From the NCBI RefSeq assembly GCF_009914755.1, contig NC_060940.1: a stretch of 64,000 nucleotides of DNA; one strand, given 5' to 3'. Both the position numbers and the translations under genes were made by a program. Numbering within the stretch: the first letter of the stretch is position 1; every line of letters starts with the position of its first letter. This document shows, piece after piece, positions 21,956 to 34,153 of the stretch. Source of the stretch: the human T2T-CHM13v2.0 reference genome, Homo sapiens. The notes beneath the pieces were generated by a model. That model saw only the letters and a program-made list of their open reading frames with translations, did no database searches and was not told the DNA's origin.

Positions 21956-22626
21956 TAAATGTTTATTCAAATATTTATTCACGAATAAAGGAAGAAAACG
22001 GGATTTGTTTAAATTCAATTTCTAGGTCCAAGACAACCTACTACGGCTGTCCCTAATACGGACCTCCGGGTTGTCCTCAGTGCCGCTTCCAACAGTGTCC
22101 TCAAACACCCTCCCCTCCCATAATGAGCCCCCAACCTGTCACCACTCCGAGCAATACTCCCCAAACTGTCAACGCCCTAAACAGCTCCCTTGTTATCGCC
22201 AAGCTCTAGAAAGCCCTCCTTATGTCATTCTTACCCCTAAAGACCGTTCTTGTCACCAATTCCCCAGACTTCCCCTATGAACCGCTCTAAGAGCCCTCAG
22301 CTATCAGCCACACCCCCAAACAGCCCTCAGTAAGAGCCCTACACTATCAGCCAGACGTTTTCCGCCACCAACGCTCCCGAGACCCCACTCCTGTCACCAG
22401 TTCCCCGAACATTCCTGCGAGCAATGTCGCAGATACTGCTCACAGACGTCCCCATAACCAACTTCTTCGCCACCGCAGCCCAGGAGCCCCCAAAGGGGTC
22501 CTCCGCGGCCCCGCCCCTTTACGTGCGGCCCCGCCCCTTGGCGTGGCGCCCTGACAAATGGCGCCGGAAGCCCCGCCCCCGGCCGGTTGCTAGGCTCCGA
22601 CAGCCGGAAGTCCCGCCTGCCGTGTA

Positions 22627-22674
22627 GTCGCCGCCGTCGCTGCCGCTGCCGCTGCCGCCGTCGTTGTTGTTGTG
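22627..22674 (+). repeat. Imperfect GCC/GCT/GTC/GTT trinucleotide repeat at the GABARAPL2 5' end
   Basis: 16 consecutive G-Y-N triplets read directly. Confidence 0.9.
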
Positions 22675-22733
22675 CTCGGTGCGCTGAGCTCCGCGGCTCC
22701 GCGAGCCGGTTCCGTCCCCTTCCCGCCGCCGCC

Positions 22734-22767
22734 ATGAAGTGGATGTTCAAGGAGGACCACTCGCTGG
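22734..22767 (+). CDS. GABARAPL2: GABARAPL2 (GATE-16, ATG8 family) coding exon 1 (34 nt)
   Basis: gccgccgccATG context; MKWMFKEDHSL-; donor G|GTAAGC. Confidence 0.98.
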
Positions 22768-23098
22768 GTAAGCACTTGGTCGTCGGCCCGGCTGCTGGGG
22801 GCTGGGGCGGCGGGTGGGCCCCCTCCCCCACTCGGGCGGCCCTGGGCCGAGTGGAGCGGGGCGGATGCCCTGCTGCGGGCTGGAGTCGCCCATGCCCTGG
22901 TGCCTCGGGCAGCGGCCCCCTGACCCCATGTCACCCTCCGCGGGCCTTGCTGGGAGCTAGTAGGGGACAGGACCGCGGCCCCGGGGACGCCGGAACCAGG
23001 GCCTGGGTTGTACGCAGGGCGCAGGAGGAGGAGGGCCGGGGGCCGGGAACCGACCGGTGGGCAGGCGCGGCCGTCAGCCCCGTTTGTTTCTCCCACAG

Positions 23099-23154
23099 AA
23101 CACAGATGCGTGGAGTCCGCGAAGATTCGAGCGAAATATCCCGACAGGGTTCCG
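23099..23154 (+). CDS. GABARAPL2: GABARAPL2 exon 2 (56 nt)
   Basis: Acceptor tttctcccacag|; (E)HRCVESAKIRAKYPDRVP; donor |GTGAGT. Confidence 0.98.
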
Positions 23155-24283
23155 GTGAGTGGACTCTCCGCCCCCTCACCTCGCTGTCACCTCTGTCGTC
23201 TGGGACCCGTGATAGGCCCCAGGCCATTCAACAGTTGACAAGTTGAGGTTCCAGTCCCAGTTACAGTAGCTGACGGGCCAGACCGGGATGAGGCCGCCCA
23301 GGGCCGGGGCGTGAGGGGCTCGGGCTGGTGCTGTTCAGGGTGCCTCAGTGCTGAATCTCCCGATCTAGGCCAGCGAGCCGTCTGCAGCCTCGGGGCTCCC
23401 TGGCCAATTATGTAAGGAACGATGTTCTAGGACAGGGCAACAGGTCACTGCCACTTTTGGGAATGGTGGTGGAGGGAGACTGTCATTTTGGTCTTGGAAG
23501 TGGTACTTGAGTCTCAGGACGTTCATCTTTTACTTTGTCTCCATCTTTACCTAACTTCTAGCTCCGTTATCTCACCTTGACCCTGTCATCCTTGCCTGAC
23601 CAAAATAATGTGAAAAGCCGCTGAAAACCCCTTCTGCCATATTTTCTTCTTAGTCAATAATAAATATAATGTTATATTTCTTCCATGGTTGGGGAGATAG
23701 TTTTGTAATCGTTATTAATTTTTAATGGACATTAAGGCCTGTTATTGTAGCTCTTTGCTTGTGAATAATTTGTCTGGGGAAAGGAGTAGGAGGGACGGAT
23801 TTGAAACTTGTTCAGAGAGGAGCAACAGGCCAAATGAAGAACTTGGTTCTTGGCTGGCTAAAATTCCAGGCATTCCAATTAGTCCATCCATTCTTGTCTC
23901 CTGTGTTCCTTGGGAACACAGTAGTGTTTCCTGTAGTGTGAAGGTGGATCCATTCTGGGGTCCTGGAGTAACGGGCCATGGATGAAACCCTCCCCAGATA
24001 TTCTTAGGTCTGCCCAGATAAAATGTGGAAAAGCTTAGTGGTAAGGGCTGCATTTCTCTTACATAATTGACCACAGAAAAGCACTTACTGTTTCCCTGTA
24101 ACACATTTATATCAATTCTTAACCTCCAGAGCGTGTGGTTTATTAAGCCAAAGACATATTTTCTCCTGCTATGCAGTTCCCCACCCACCTCCTTGCCCAC
24201 ACTCTGTTCATCAGCTCCTCAGCCATGTGAGGCCAGAGCCTCGCTTTAGGAAACACAGTCCTGACCTCTCTTTACTTTCCCAG

Positions 24284-24456
24284 GTGATTGTGGAAAAGGT
24301 CTCAGGCTCTCAGATTGTTGACATTGACAAACGGAAGTACTTGGTTCCATCTGATATCACTGTGGCTCAGTTCATGTGGATCATCAGGAAAAGGATCCAG
24401 CTTCCTTCTGAAAAGGCGATCTTCCTGTTTGTGGATAAGACAGTCCCACAGTCCAG
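24284..24456 (+). CDS. GABARAPL2: GABARAPL2 exon 3 (173 nt)
   Basis: Acceptor tttcccag|; [57 protein letters not shown]; donor AG|GTGAGA. Confidence 0.98.
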
Positions 24457-26055
24457 GTGAGAGGTGTTTACTAGATGGGCCCTCTGGTATTAGACATCTG
24501 GTTGGCTGCTTACGGAACTCCAAAACTTTGGAAGTCTGAAAACTCTTAGGGGTCCTGACTAGAAATCTGGATTTTATGCTCCCTGACATCAGGGGCTCCA
24601 GGAAAATAATGGCTGCAATACATAAGAGTGCATTTTGGATTCAGAAAATAGAACAAGGCCTGGACTTTTAAAAAAATGATGAAACTCAGCCTAAGATCTC
24701 CAAGAATCTTTTAAAACGGTTGAGAACTTATTTAGTCTTAAGCTATAGGTAGAACTGAGGCCTGAAATGAGGTTTTCTTCCCTGAAGGCAGTCCTGGCAT
24801 GCTCCTCCACTGGGAGCCTGTGGGCCCTGCTGAGGCTCACTCAGTTAATCATCCAGTTTGCTTGCTCCCAAACTTGGTCAACTCTTTGACATTGTAAGAG
24901 TCTATAGCTGCCTGATCCTCAAGTCTGACAAAATGACTGCGGCACAGTAAAGGGCTCTGAAGTCTCTTTACAGACTTATACCTCCCTTGGTAGCACTTGC
25001 TTTGACTGTCAGACTATTGTGCTGCCTGGAAGCAATCTTTGGGACTGTAACTTGTGGCCTGAATGTAGGCAGAGGCATTAGAATTCCCGTTTTCTGTGTG
25101 TTTGACAGCCCAGCTTTAGTCCCCTGTGGAAAAAGGAAAGTGGATTGGCTCCGTCTAACCTCCTGGTCAGTCCTTTCCCGTTACTGAGTGGGTAGTTGTA
25201 GGCCCTGATCCAGATTCCAGCCCCCACCTCTCCCCTGAGTGTGAGTTTCTGGCCACATCTTATCTTTGTGACCCAATCTAGGTTTCATTTACCACTCCCA
25301 GAAGTAATACTTCTAAAAGTGAAGGCTCTCAGAAGCCCTGGGAACTAGCCCAATGTTGTCCAAATAGGTTCCTGTTGAAAATCCTTGAAGACTCCAGAAG
25401 AGGCCTGTGCCAAATTCCAGACCTTATTTCTGTTAAAGGTGGAAAGCTCTGGCCATTTTTTGGTCTGATTTCCTCTTTCCCAGTGTCCTCCACCTCTACT
25501 TCCTGGTGTCTGATAGAAAGGCAGGGGAGAAATGGAAGCTCCTTCCCTAAGGCCAGTATTCAACCTGAGGAGACACCCCAGGGCCTGCCCACTGGACGCC
25601 ATTGGTCTGCCACAGCTGTAGCTCTGGAAGCTGTGGTGTTGCTTGAGGAGATCTTGTCACCCATGGGGCTCTTCTAACCTTCCTTCCCAGGCCTCTGGGC
25701 TGTGTCTTCACCAGGGGAGGAAGCCTTGGGCATCCGTGGTTACCCTGGGCTTTCCTTAACGTGTTTGGGGAGGTAATCTTCTTTCATAACATCTGCAACT
25801 TCTACAGAGCCTTGGTGACTCTGTGTTTTGTACTTCCTGGAGGTGTTGGCTTAGTGGGAGAAAATAAGTGACTAGGACCTATGGCATTGAGTTTATTTTC
25901 CTCAATTCTGATTCTCTGGTTCTTCTCAAAGGAAATGAAGCAGGCTTCTGGAGACCTTAAGATTACTCAGATGGCTCCACAGTAATCTAGCAATTAAAAT
26001 GGCTACAGGTCTTATCAACTTCCCCTCCCCCGTTATCCCTGAGATAGAAATAGAA

Positions 26056-27847
26056 TTGGAAATGAAAAATGATTTTTCAGGGCAGCAGAGACTGTTTCAA
26101 GCCATTTTCTCTCCAAGTCCCATTTGCCTTTCCAGTGTGGTGAGAATCAACCCTAAAGCAGATTACACTGGTAACTCAAGTCAGGATTTTAGGGCCGAGT
26201 AGCCAGAAATCCAGCTCCTGACCCTTCAGGATTTAGAGTCACCAGCTAGGGCCCTTTTGCCCAGGCTGTCAGCGCTTTGGCCCCAGTTAATGACTTATCA
26301 CCCTACACTTAATGCAACTGTTTATTTTGGGGTTTTATTCTCAGAAGTAATTTTTTTTTTGAGACAGAGTCTCACTCTGTTGCCCAGATTGCAGTGCAGT
26401 GGTGCAATCTGAGCTCACTACAATCTCTGCCTCCTAGGTTCAAGTGATCCTCTCACCTCAGCCTCCCTAATAACTGGGACAGGACCACAGGTGCATGTCA
26501 CCACACCGGGCTAAAAATATAAATTTGTTTCTAAACATAAGAGGCGTGTGACATCATTGGGCTTTATGCAATATATAAATCACCCATAAACATAAAAAGT
26601 GCTACAGGGTCCTTCCTAAAGCTGGCTGTGATTCAGCTTCACCATCTCTTCCCCAAGACAATTTAGCAGCCTCTTCCTCAGGTCTTTTCAGCTTCCTTAG
26701 GGGAGCATGGAGCCTCCCTTAACCTTCATGCAGTGCTTGCTGGCTTCAAAGAGTGGCTGGGGAAATTAGAGAAGGGACGAATTCAGGCCTGCAGGAGCCC
26801 TCCCTCTCCGGTGACTGACTGGTCTGCATGAAGATCAATTATGTCTGAGGCTGAAGGGGAGTGAGTTCTCAGTTATTTCTGCCTTGGAGTGGAAAACAGG
26901 CGGTCACCATGTAAAGTGTCATGATTTTTATTTAGAGTAGTTAGTATTAAATATTGATTCTATAAATAGAGACAGAGGCAAGTCCCTAAGTTTTACTTCC
27001 TAAATTCTAAGTTCTTGTTTCATTTAAAAAAGAGGGAATCACAATGGCCTTTTCCCATTTAGCATTGGAAAGTTGAATTCTCTGCCTAGGTGCCAGCATC
27101 AAGAATCAGGCCAAAAACGGAATGGGGAACCATGCCTTTGTTCAGACAGAACTTCAGAAAAAACATCAGTGTACAAGTTTCCTAGTCATGACGTTAGAGG
27201 GGAACTCAGACCTGGCAGTGAATGGTCTTTGGTCTTTGTTTGTTTAGAACATAGATAAGAGTCTTGTTAATCCCCTGTTTAAAATAGAAACAGGAGTATA
27301 TCATTAAATATAATATCTCTAAGATATTATTTTTTATTGTTGTTGAGACAAGGTCTTGCTCTGTCACCCTGGCTGGAGTGCAGTGGCACAGTCATAGCTC
27401 ACTGCAGCCTTGAACTCCTGGGCTTGAGAAGTCCTCCTACCTCACCAGGTTGGTCTCAAACTCCTGGCTACAGGTGATCCTCCTGCTTTGGCCTCCCAGA
27501 GTGCTGGGATTATGGGTGTTACCCACCATGCCTGGCCAGATATTATAACTGACATTGGGAAACCTGTGCTGTTTAAGAATATGGTGTTTATTTGCTTCTG
27601 GATCTTAAAGAGATCTTCAGTAAAAGGAAGTTGTGATGTTTTGGAAATGAAAAGTGATTTTCAGGGCAACAGAGACTGCTTCAAGGCCATTTTCTCTCCA
27701 AGTCCCATTTGCCTTTCCATTCTGCTGAGAATCCACCCTAAAGCAGATTATACCAGTAACCCAAGTCAGGATTTTAGGACAGAGTAACCAGAAATCCAAT
27801 TCCTGACCCTTCAGGCCCAATTAATGACTTCTCACCCCACACTTAAT
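26056..27847 (+). repeat. Non-Alu direct duplication: 26056-26313 and 27641-27847
   Basis: Two colinear, highly similar copies; copy 2 lacks about 50 bp. Confidence 0.92.
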
Positions 27848-27909
27848 CATCCTTTATTTAGAAATGTGCTTAAAGCACTTTGATCATTTCTGGGTAAATA
27901 CCTCTTTAA

Positions 27910-28047
<138 letters not shown>

Positions 28048-30974
28048 TAGTAGCTGGGATTACAGGCGACTGCCACCACGCCCGGCTACTTTTTTTGTAT
28101 TTTTAGTAGAGACGGGTTTTACCATGTTGGCCAGGCTGGTCTCTTAACTCCTGACCTCAGGTGATTCGCCGACCTTGGCCTCCCAAAGTGCTGGGATTAC
28201 AGGCGTGAGCCACTGCTCCCGGCCTAGTTGTTCTTTTTATCAGATAAATATGTTCTGTCCTAGGCCGTGTGTGGTGGCGGTCGCCGGTAATCCCAGCTAC
28301 TCGGGGGCTGAGGCAGGAGAATCGCTTGAAGCTGGGAGGAGGAGGTTGTGGTGAGCCAAGATCACGCCACTGCACTCCAGCCTGGGTGACATGAGTGAAA
28401 CTGTCTCAAAACAAAAAAAGGAACAACAACCAGTGGTTAATCTTTTTATTTTAGAATCTTGGGGAGCCTCAGGGCCTTATTAACTTTCACTGTGAAGCCA
28501 GTGCCTCTCCAGGATTGACAGTAGTGGTCACTGCCCTTCCACCTCCCACCACCCATCCTGCCCTGCTGGAGAAGAGATAATCCAAGGTCCAGTGGAAGCG
28601 CGTGGACTCCAAAGCAGATGGGTGGCCAGGTGTGCTCATCAGCCCAGCCAATTCATGAGTCGGTGTAGACCCCACAGCCTCCATGACCTGCCCTTGGTTG
28701 GGGCGAACTTAGGTTCTCTAGGGATTGGGCATCCATACAGTTCTAGGTCAGCCTCTCCCAATGCATAGCGCTGTTGGTAGCATAAACTGATGTCTGTCTT
28801 GAGTCACATGGCCATTCCTGGATGTAGGTCTTGCTGCAACTTTCCTTTTTTTATTGCACAGTTTCTCCACTGGAGAAGTGGTTTTACCTGGATCTGTGTC
28901 ATTCAGTGGAGGGGTTGGGGAGAGGGCTTTAGGGGGCAGTTTAAATTCATTTTCACATAGTACTTCAGGGTCCCACTTCACCTTAGATTAGCTCCATGGC
29001 TTGAATCTACCACTGGCTTTACCCGTTTCTTTCTTTGCCAGACTCAGAGCTTGGAAGGTGGCAGTGCTTCTGTACTCAGAGCAGCATCTTTCTCAGATGA
29101 ATGCGTGTGGTACTTGATGCCACAGGGTGTGCATTCGTGTTAGGGACTGGAGGCCATCTTCAGGTGTTCTCTACAGCCACCTCCCAGCAACTTAGGCAGC
29201 AAGCCTTGGAGCTGCAGTGCTACTTGCGAGTTGTCAGGGCATCCAGCAAGCCTGTGCAGCTTAGCTGGATAGATGCATTAGAGCTGCCTCTGTGCTGCAG
29301 GATCCTCAGGCATCCTAGCAGTGGCCTGCTCAGTGCTGTGTATAGCTCAGGCCTCCAAATTCTGAGGGGGAAGTTTAACTTCTCAGAGGTTTATGGAATG
29401 TGTCCCAAACTGACACACCAGCCTTCTGCTAATAGACTCTCTGCTAGCAAGGGTCACATTTTGTCTCCCTGCACTTCCATTTGCATATCCATTTAATGGG
29501 ACTTTACAAAAATGAGTTAATTTTTTTTAAGTCTGTTTGTGGCCCAGCTCATTTTGGCTGCAGGCCAAATTATTCTGACTCTGCATGTATGCAGTCAGAT
29601 CCCGTAAGTGCTGTTTTCAAATCAGTCTTGCTTCATGGCACCCAGTGAAGCCTCAAAATTAGGTGCATGTTCAGCATTGAGCATTCAGTTACCAAGTTCC
29701 TTGCCCAAGGGGTATCCTGACTATAAGGACACAGTGCTACTGCCAACTAAGTTTCCACATGAGGTTGTGTGTCAGAAAAGGAGAAATTGTTGGATTCTTA
29801 AGTTCTTACGCACTGAGGCATCTAACTGTCAAATTACAAGATGGGAAGGAGAGAGCCCTAAGACCTTGCTACTCAGCATGTGATGCAGAGACTGGCAGCA
29901 GTCGCCTTACCTGGGAGCTTGATGTTCCGATGGTTGGTACCAACATTTGTATGAGAAGCACTGTTCTAAGGAAGATCTCTGCAGAAGGTACAAGGACTCT
30001 AATGTTAGGTCATCAGAGCAGATCTAGCTGTCTAATCACTTGGAGGCAGCAAAGCTTGGTGGTCTCCTAGTTTTGTGACCTGGAGTGAATTTAGAATCTC
30101 TGTGCCTCAGTTTTCCTATCTAGGAACTATGGATTATGGTACCATCTACCTCATGAGATTGTTTTGAGGATAAAGAGTTAATACATGTAATGTATAAGCA
30201 GTGCTTGGCACATGTGTTGCCATTATAGTTAGGATTTTTACTATCAGCTTCTGTAGCTACTAGGGCACTGCTTAAACAAATTAATGAACCCAAGTTTTAC
30301 TTAAAAGACAATGGAATCTAAAGCCAGAAAGGAATGAAAGCCACATGATTGTGGGCCTCCTGTCCTGCCAAGAGTCAGGGCTCAGAGTCTCACGACCTGC
30401 CTTCAACAGTAGCGGTCCAGTGGTTATTGTTCACCCTGGATAGCATACACAGGCCCGGGGGTGGGCTGCTGGTGTTTACGAAGCTCTTCAAATGTTTCTA
30501 ATGTAGCAGCGGGATTTAGAATCATTGTACTAGGGCTTCTAACTTGCTAGGAAAAGAGCAGAACTTAGTCTGTTTGGAACCAAACTTGACAGAGACACTA
30601 TGGGGCGACTCTGAATTGCACACAATGTCTGCTACTGCATCTAAACCCATCTGGTAGTGGCAGCGGGGAGATGTTACGACAGTTGTCATCAAGATCACCC
30701 TGGACACTTGGACAAATGGGGTAAAGAGTTGTGGCAGTAGCTGTAGTTGTTTTCCCATTAGCCTCATTCTGAGGAGTTTCAGAGAAAAATGGGGTTACTC
30801 TCTGGGCATTCTCAACCACCAGGGTAAAAATCTTGGGAGACTCAGCTACATGTTCAAGCCCTTCTGCTAGTTTCTGGCTTGTCATTTCACTTCCTGGCTT
30901 GTCACTCTACTTCCTAATCACATAGCTTTTAAAGATGACCCTCCCTTCTCCCCCCCAACAAAAGGTCAGGCATT

Positions 30975-31445
30975 TCCCTTTGCAACCTGGCTGCATATGG
31001 AATCATTTTTGGCATTTAAAAATATACTGATGAGGCCGGACACGGTGGCTCACCCCTGTAATCCAGCACTTTGGGAGGCGGAGGCGGGTGGATCACCTGA
31101 GGTCAGGAGTTCAAGACCAGCCTGGCCAACATGGTGAAATCCCACCTCTACTAAAAACAAAAACAAAAACAAATTAGCCAGGCGTGGTGGCATGCACCTG
31201 TAATCCCAGCTACTTGGGAGGCTAAGACATGAGACTTGTTTGAACCGGAAGGTGGAGGTTGCAGTGAACCGAGATCCTGCTACTGTACTCCAGCCCAAGC
31301 GACAGAGCAAGACTCTGTCTTTACAAAACAAAACAAAACATAGTGATGATTTCATTGGTCTGGGGTAGGGCTTGGGCACAGAGATGTTTTTAAAGCTCTC
31401 TTTAAAGTAAGATTCTGATGTGCAGCCAAGGCTGAGACCCACGGC
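30975..31445. mobile_element. MER5-family DNA transposon split by an Alu (about 31034-31340)
   Basis: ggctgcatatggaatca ... gattctgatgtgcagccaaggctgagacc. Confidence 0.6.
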
Positions 31446-31497
31446 TGCAGGCGTTGTTCCTCCCTCTACCCACTGCCCCCTAAGTCTTGTTCTGGGG

Positions 31498-32350
<853 letters not shown>

Positions 32351-33568
32351 CTGTTCCAGGGAGTCCTTATTTTACAAATTCCAGGCTAAGAGGTCCTCAC
32401 AGGGAGCACCGTTTTTATTGTACAAGATGCTGATGACAGGTTCTTTCATATTCAAATTCAGACCTCCCCCACATTGTTACTTAATAATTCTCATCTACCC
32501 ACACAGCCATCCGAGCTAAGCTTGCAAATGGGGCAGGAAGAACAGGAAAAAAACTCAAAACCTCCCCCTTCATAAATGTGGTATTTGTCCATGTTTACAT
32601 GGAGGTTCCACTCAGCCCTTGAGGAGCAAAGCAGCAAGTGGGGCAGTCACTGTTTCCTCAGGTTGAGGCCTTGGACTCCTTATCTTCCCCACTGGCTCTT
32701 GGTTTATGAGTTCCCCTTTTAAGGATCTGTTGTGACTTACCTATCTGGGCTAGTGACCTCAGATGTCTCAGACTGAGCATCTTACCACTGTTTCTGGTTG
32801 ATCCCTTCACTCATGGTCTTAACACATTTGCACTTCCTCTCATCTCAGAGAGTACAGTCACGGGGCAGAGCTTGCATAGGGATCCAGGTGTTACTAGTCT
32901 TACTCTGGAGCTGGTCCAACTCAGTTTCATGGCACAGAACTAGATTAGGTCTCCACTGCGCAGTCTGTTTTACTGCTTAGGGAAAGCCAGCTTTTCTACC
33001 CACACACGTTTAGTTTGAAGAGTATCTATTTTTGGAGGGTTCTTTGGGAGGTTGGGCAGGCTTCTTTGGATCCCAGATACATTTAGAGCTTTTTGCATTA
33101 AGTGTGAGGAAAATAACTTCTCTTTGATGATGTTGATACACCATGTGGGCACCCTGGGGCACAGCGGTTTAGCTGGGGAGATTCCATGAGAATGAACCCA
33201 AACTACTCTTCTTTGCTAGGGTCCTTTACCCACACAGAGGTGAGCCTTTCAGGTTCTTCATTTTGCTTAGTTTCTTCCCTTGTCCTTGGCATTTAAGAGG
33301 CATCCATGTGTTAGCCAGCCAAAGCCCCCTGAAGGAGCTGGCTGCTTTAAAGGATTTACTTGGGAGGATGTCAAATGGCTTTGCCTTCTGCAGACTTCAT
33401 TTATTTTAATCTTTTTATGGCTCCTTTCTCTTGCTTTAAAACAGGATTATAAGCACACAGCAGGTACTGACACCTGAAGTCTTACTAAATTCCTGTCCTC
33501 AGGCCATCCTTTTTCTCCTGAAACCTGGACTCCAATTTTCAATGACGTTTTTGTTTTTCTCTTTCAAG

Positions 33569-33659
33569 CCTAACTATGGGACAGCTTTACGAGAAGGAAA
33601 AAGATGAAGATGGATTCTTATATGTGGCCTACAGCGGAGAGAACACTTTTGGCTTCTGA
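33569..33659 (+). CDS. GABARAPL2: GABARAPL2 exon 4 coding part (91 nt), ending ...ENTFGF-stop with the conserved lipidation Gly
   Basis: Acceptor ctctttcaag|; (S)[29 protein letters not shown]; total CDS 34+56+173+91 = 354 nt = 117 aa. Confidence 0.98.
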
Positions 33660-34147
33660 GGGCCATTGCTGGGCTAGGTGCACCGTAACTGCTTGTGTAT
33701 CTTGTAAATAGCCAGCCATTTTCAGTTATTATACCAGAACCTCTTCACATAGACCTATTAGTGCATTTGTAACTGGATTTATTTCTTAATATATTGGAAG
33801 GTTTTGTTTCCTTAGACTAGTAAATTATCATACAGAGTTTTATTTTGAGTTTTTCTTTTTGTGCATTGTCCTCATGCCTGTATTCTCCAGGAAACTTGTC
33901 CTTCTGGAAATCATATTGAATGATATTTCTATATCGAAGTGAGGTAGGTGCGGTATTAAAGTGAAAGGGAAGGTGATGCATTTATTCTGGGTTATGCTTG
34001 AAGTGTTAGATGGCTAAGTATTAAAATTATCCAAATTAAATCCTTAGCAGTCAGAACACTTGCTTCACTAGAATATGCCAACTGCCAATCATGTTGGACT
34101 GAGCTAATTTGTTCCTCTTTCTGAAACTATTAAGGTAAATAATTAAC

Positions 34148-34153
34148 AATAAA
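34148..34153 (+). terminator. GABARAPL2: GABARAPL2 poly(A) signal AATAAA (variant ATTAAA at 33955 and 34020)
   Basis: Hexamer about 490 nt after the stop, followed by a GT-rich tract. Confidence 0.8.

Larger units (their letters stand above)
22350..23400. promoter_or_regulatory. CpG island / GABARAPL2 promoter with GC boxes, YY1-like AAATGGCG (22556), ETS CCGGAAG (22564) and CCGGAAGT (22604)
   Basis: Motifs read directly; TATA-less housekeeping architecture just upstream of exon 1. Confidence 0.88.

Noticed and set aside
22587-23246. 219-aa ORF in frame with the GABARAPL2 ATG (apparent N-terminal extension plus intron 1 read-through)
   Set aside because: Starts at TTG in the promoter; the in-frame CTG at 22617 has weak context and may precede the TSS; stop depletion is expected in a CpG island.
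33941-33960. TGAGGTAG resembling the let-7 5' end in the GABARAPL2 3'UTR
   Set aside because: Only 8 nt match, no precursor hairpin, and wrong orientation for a target site.
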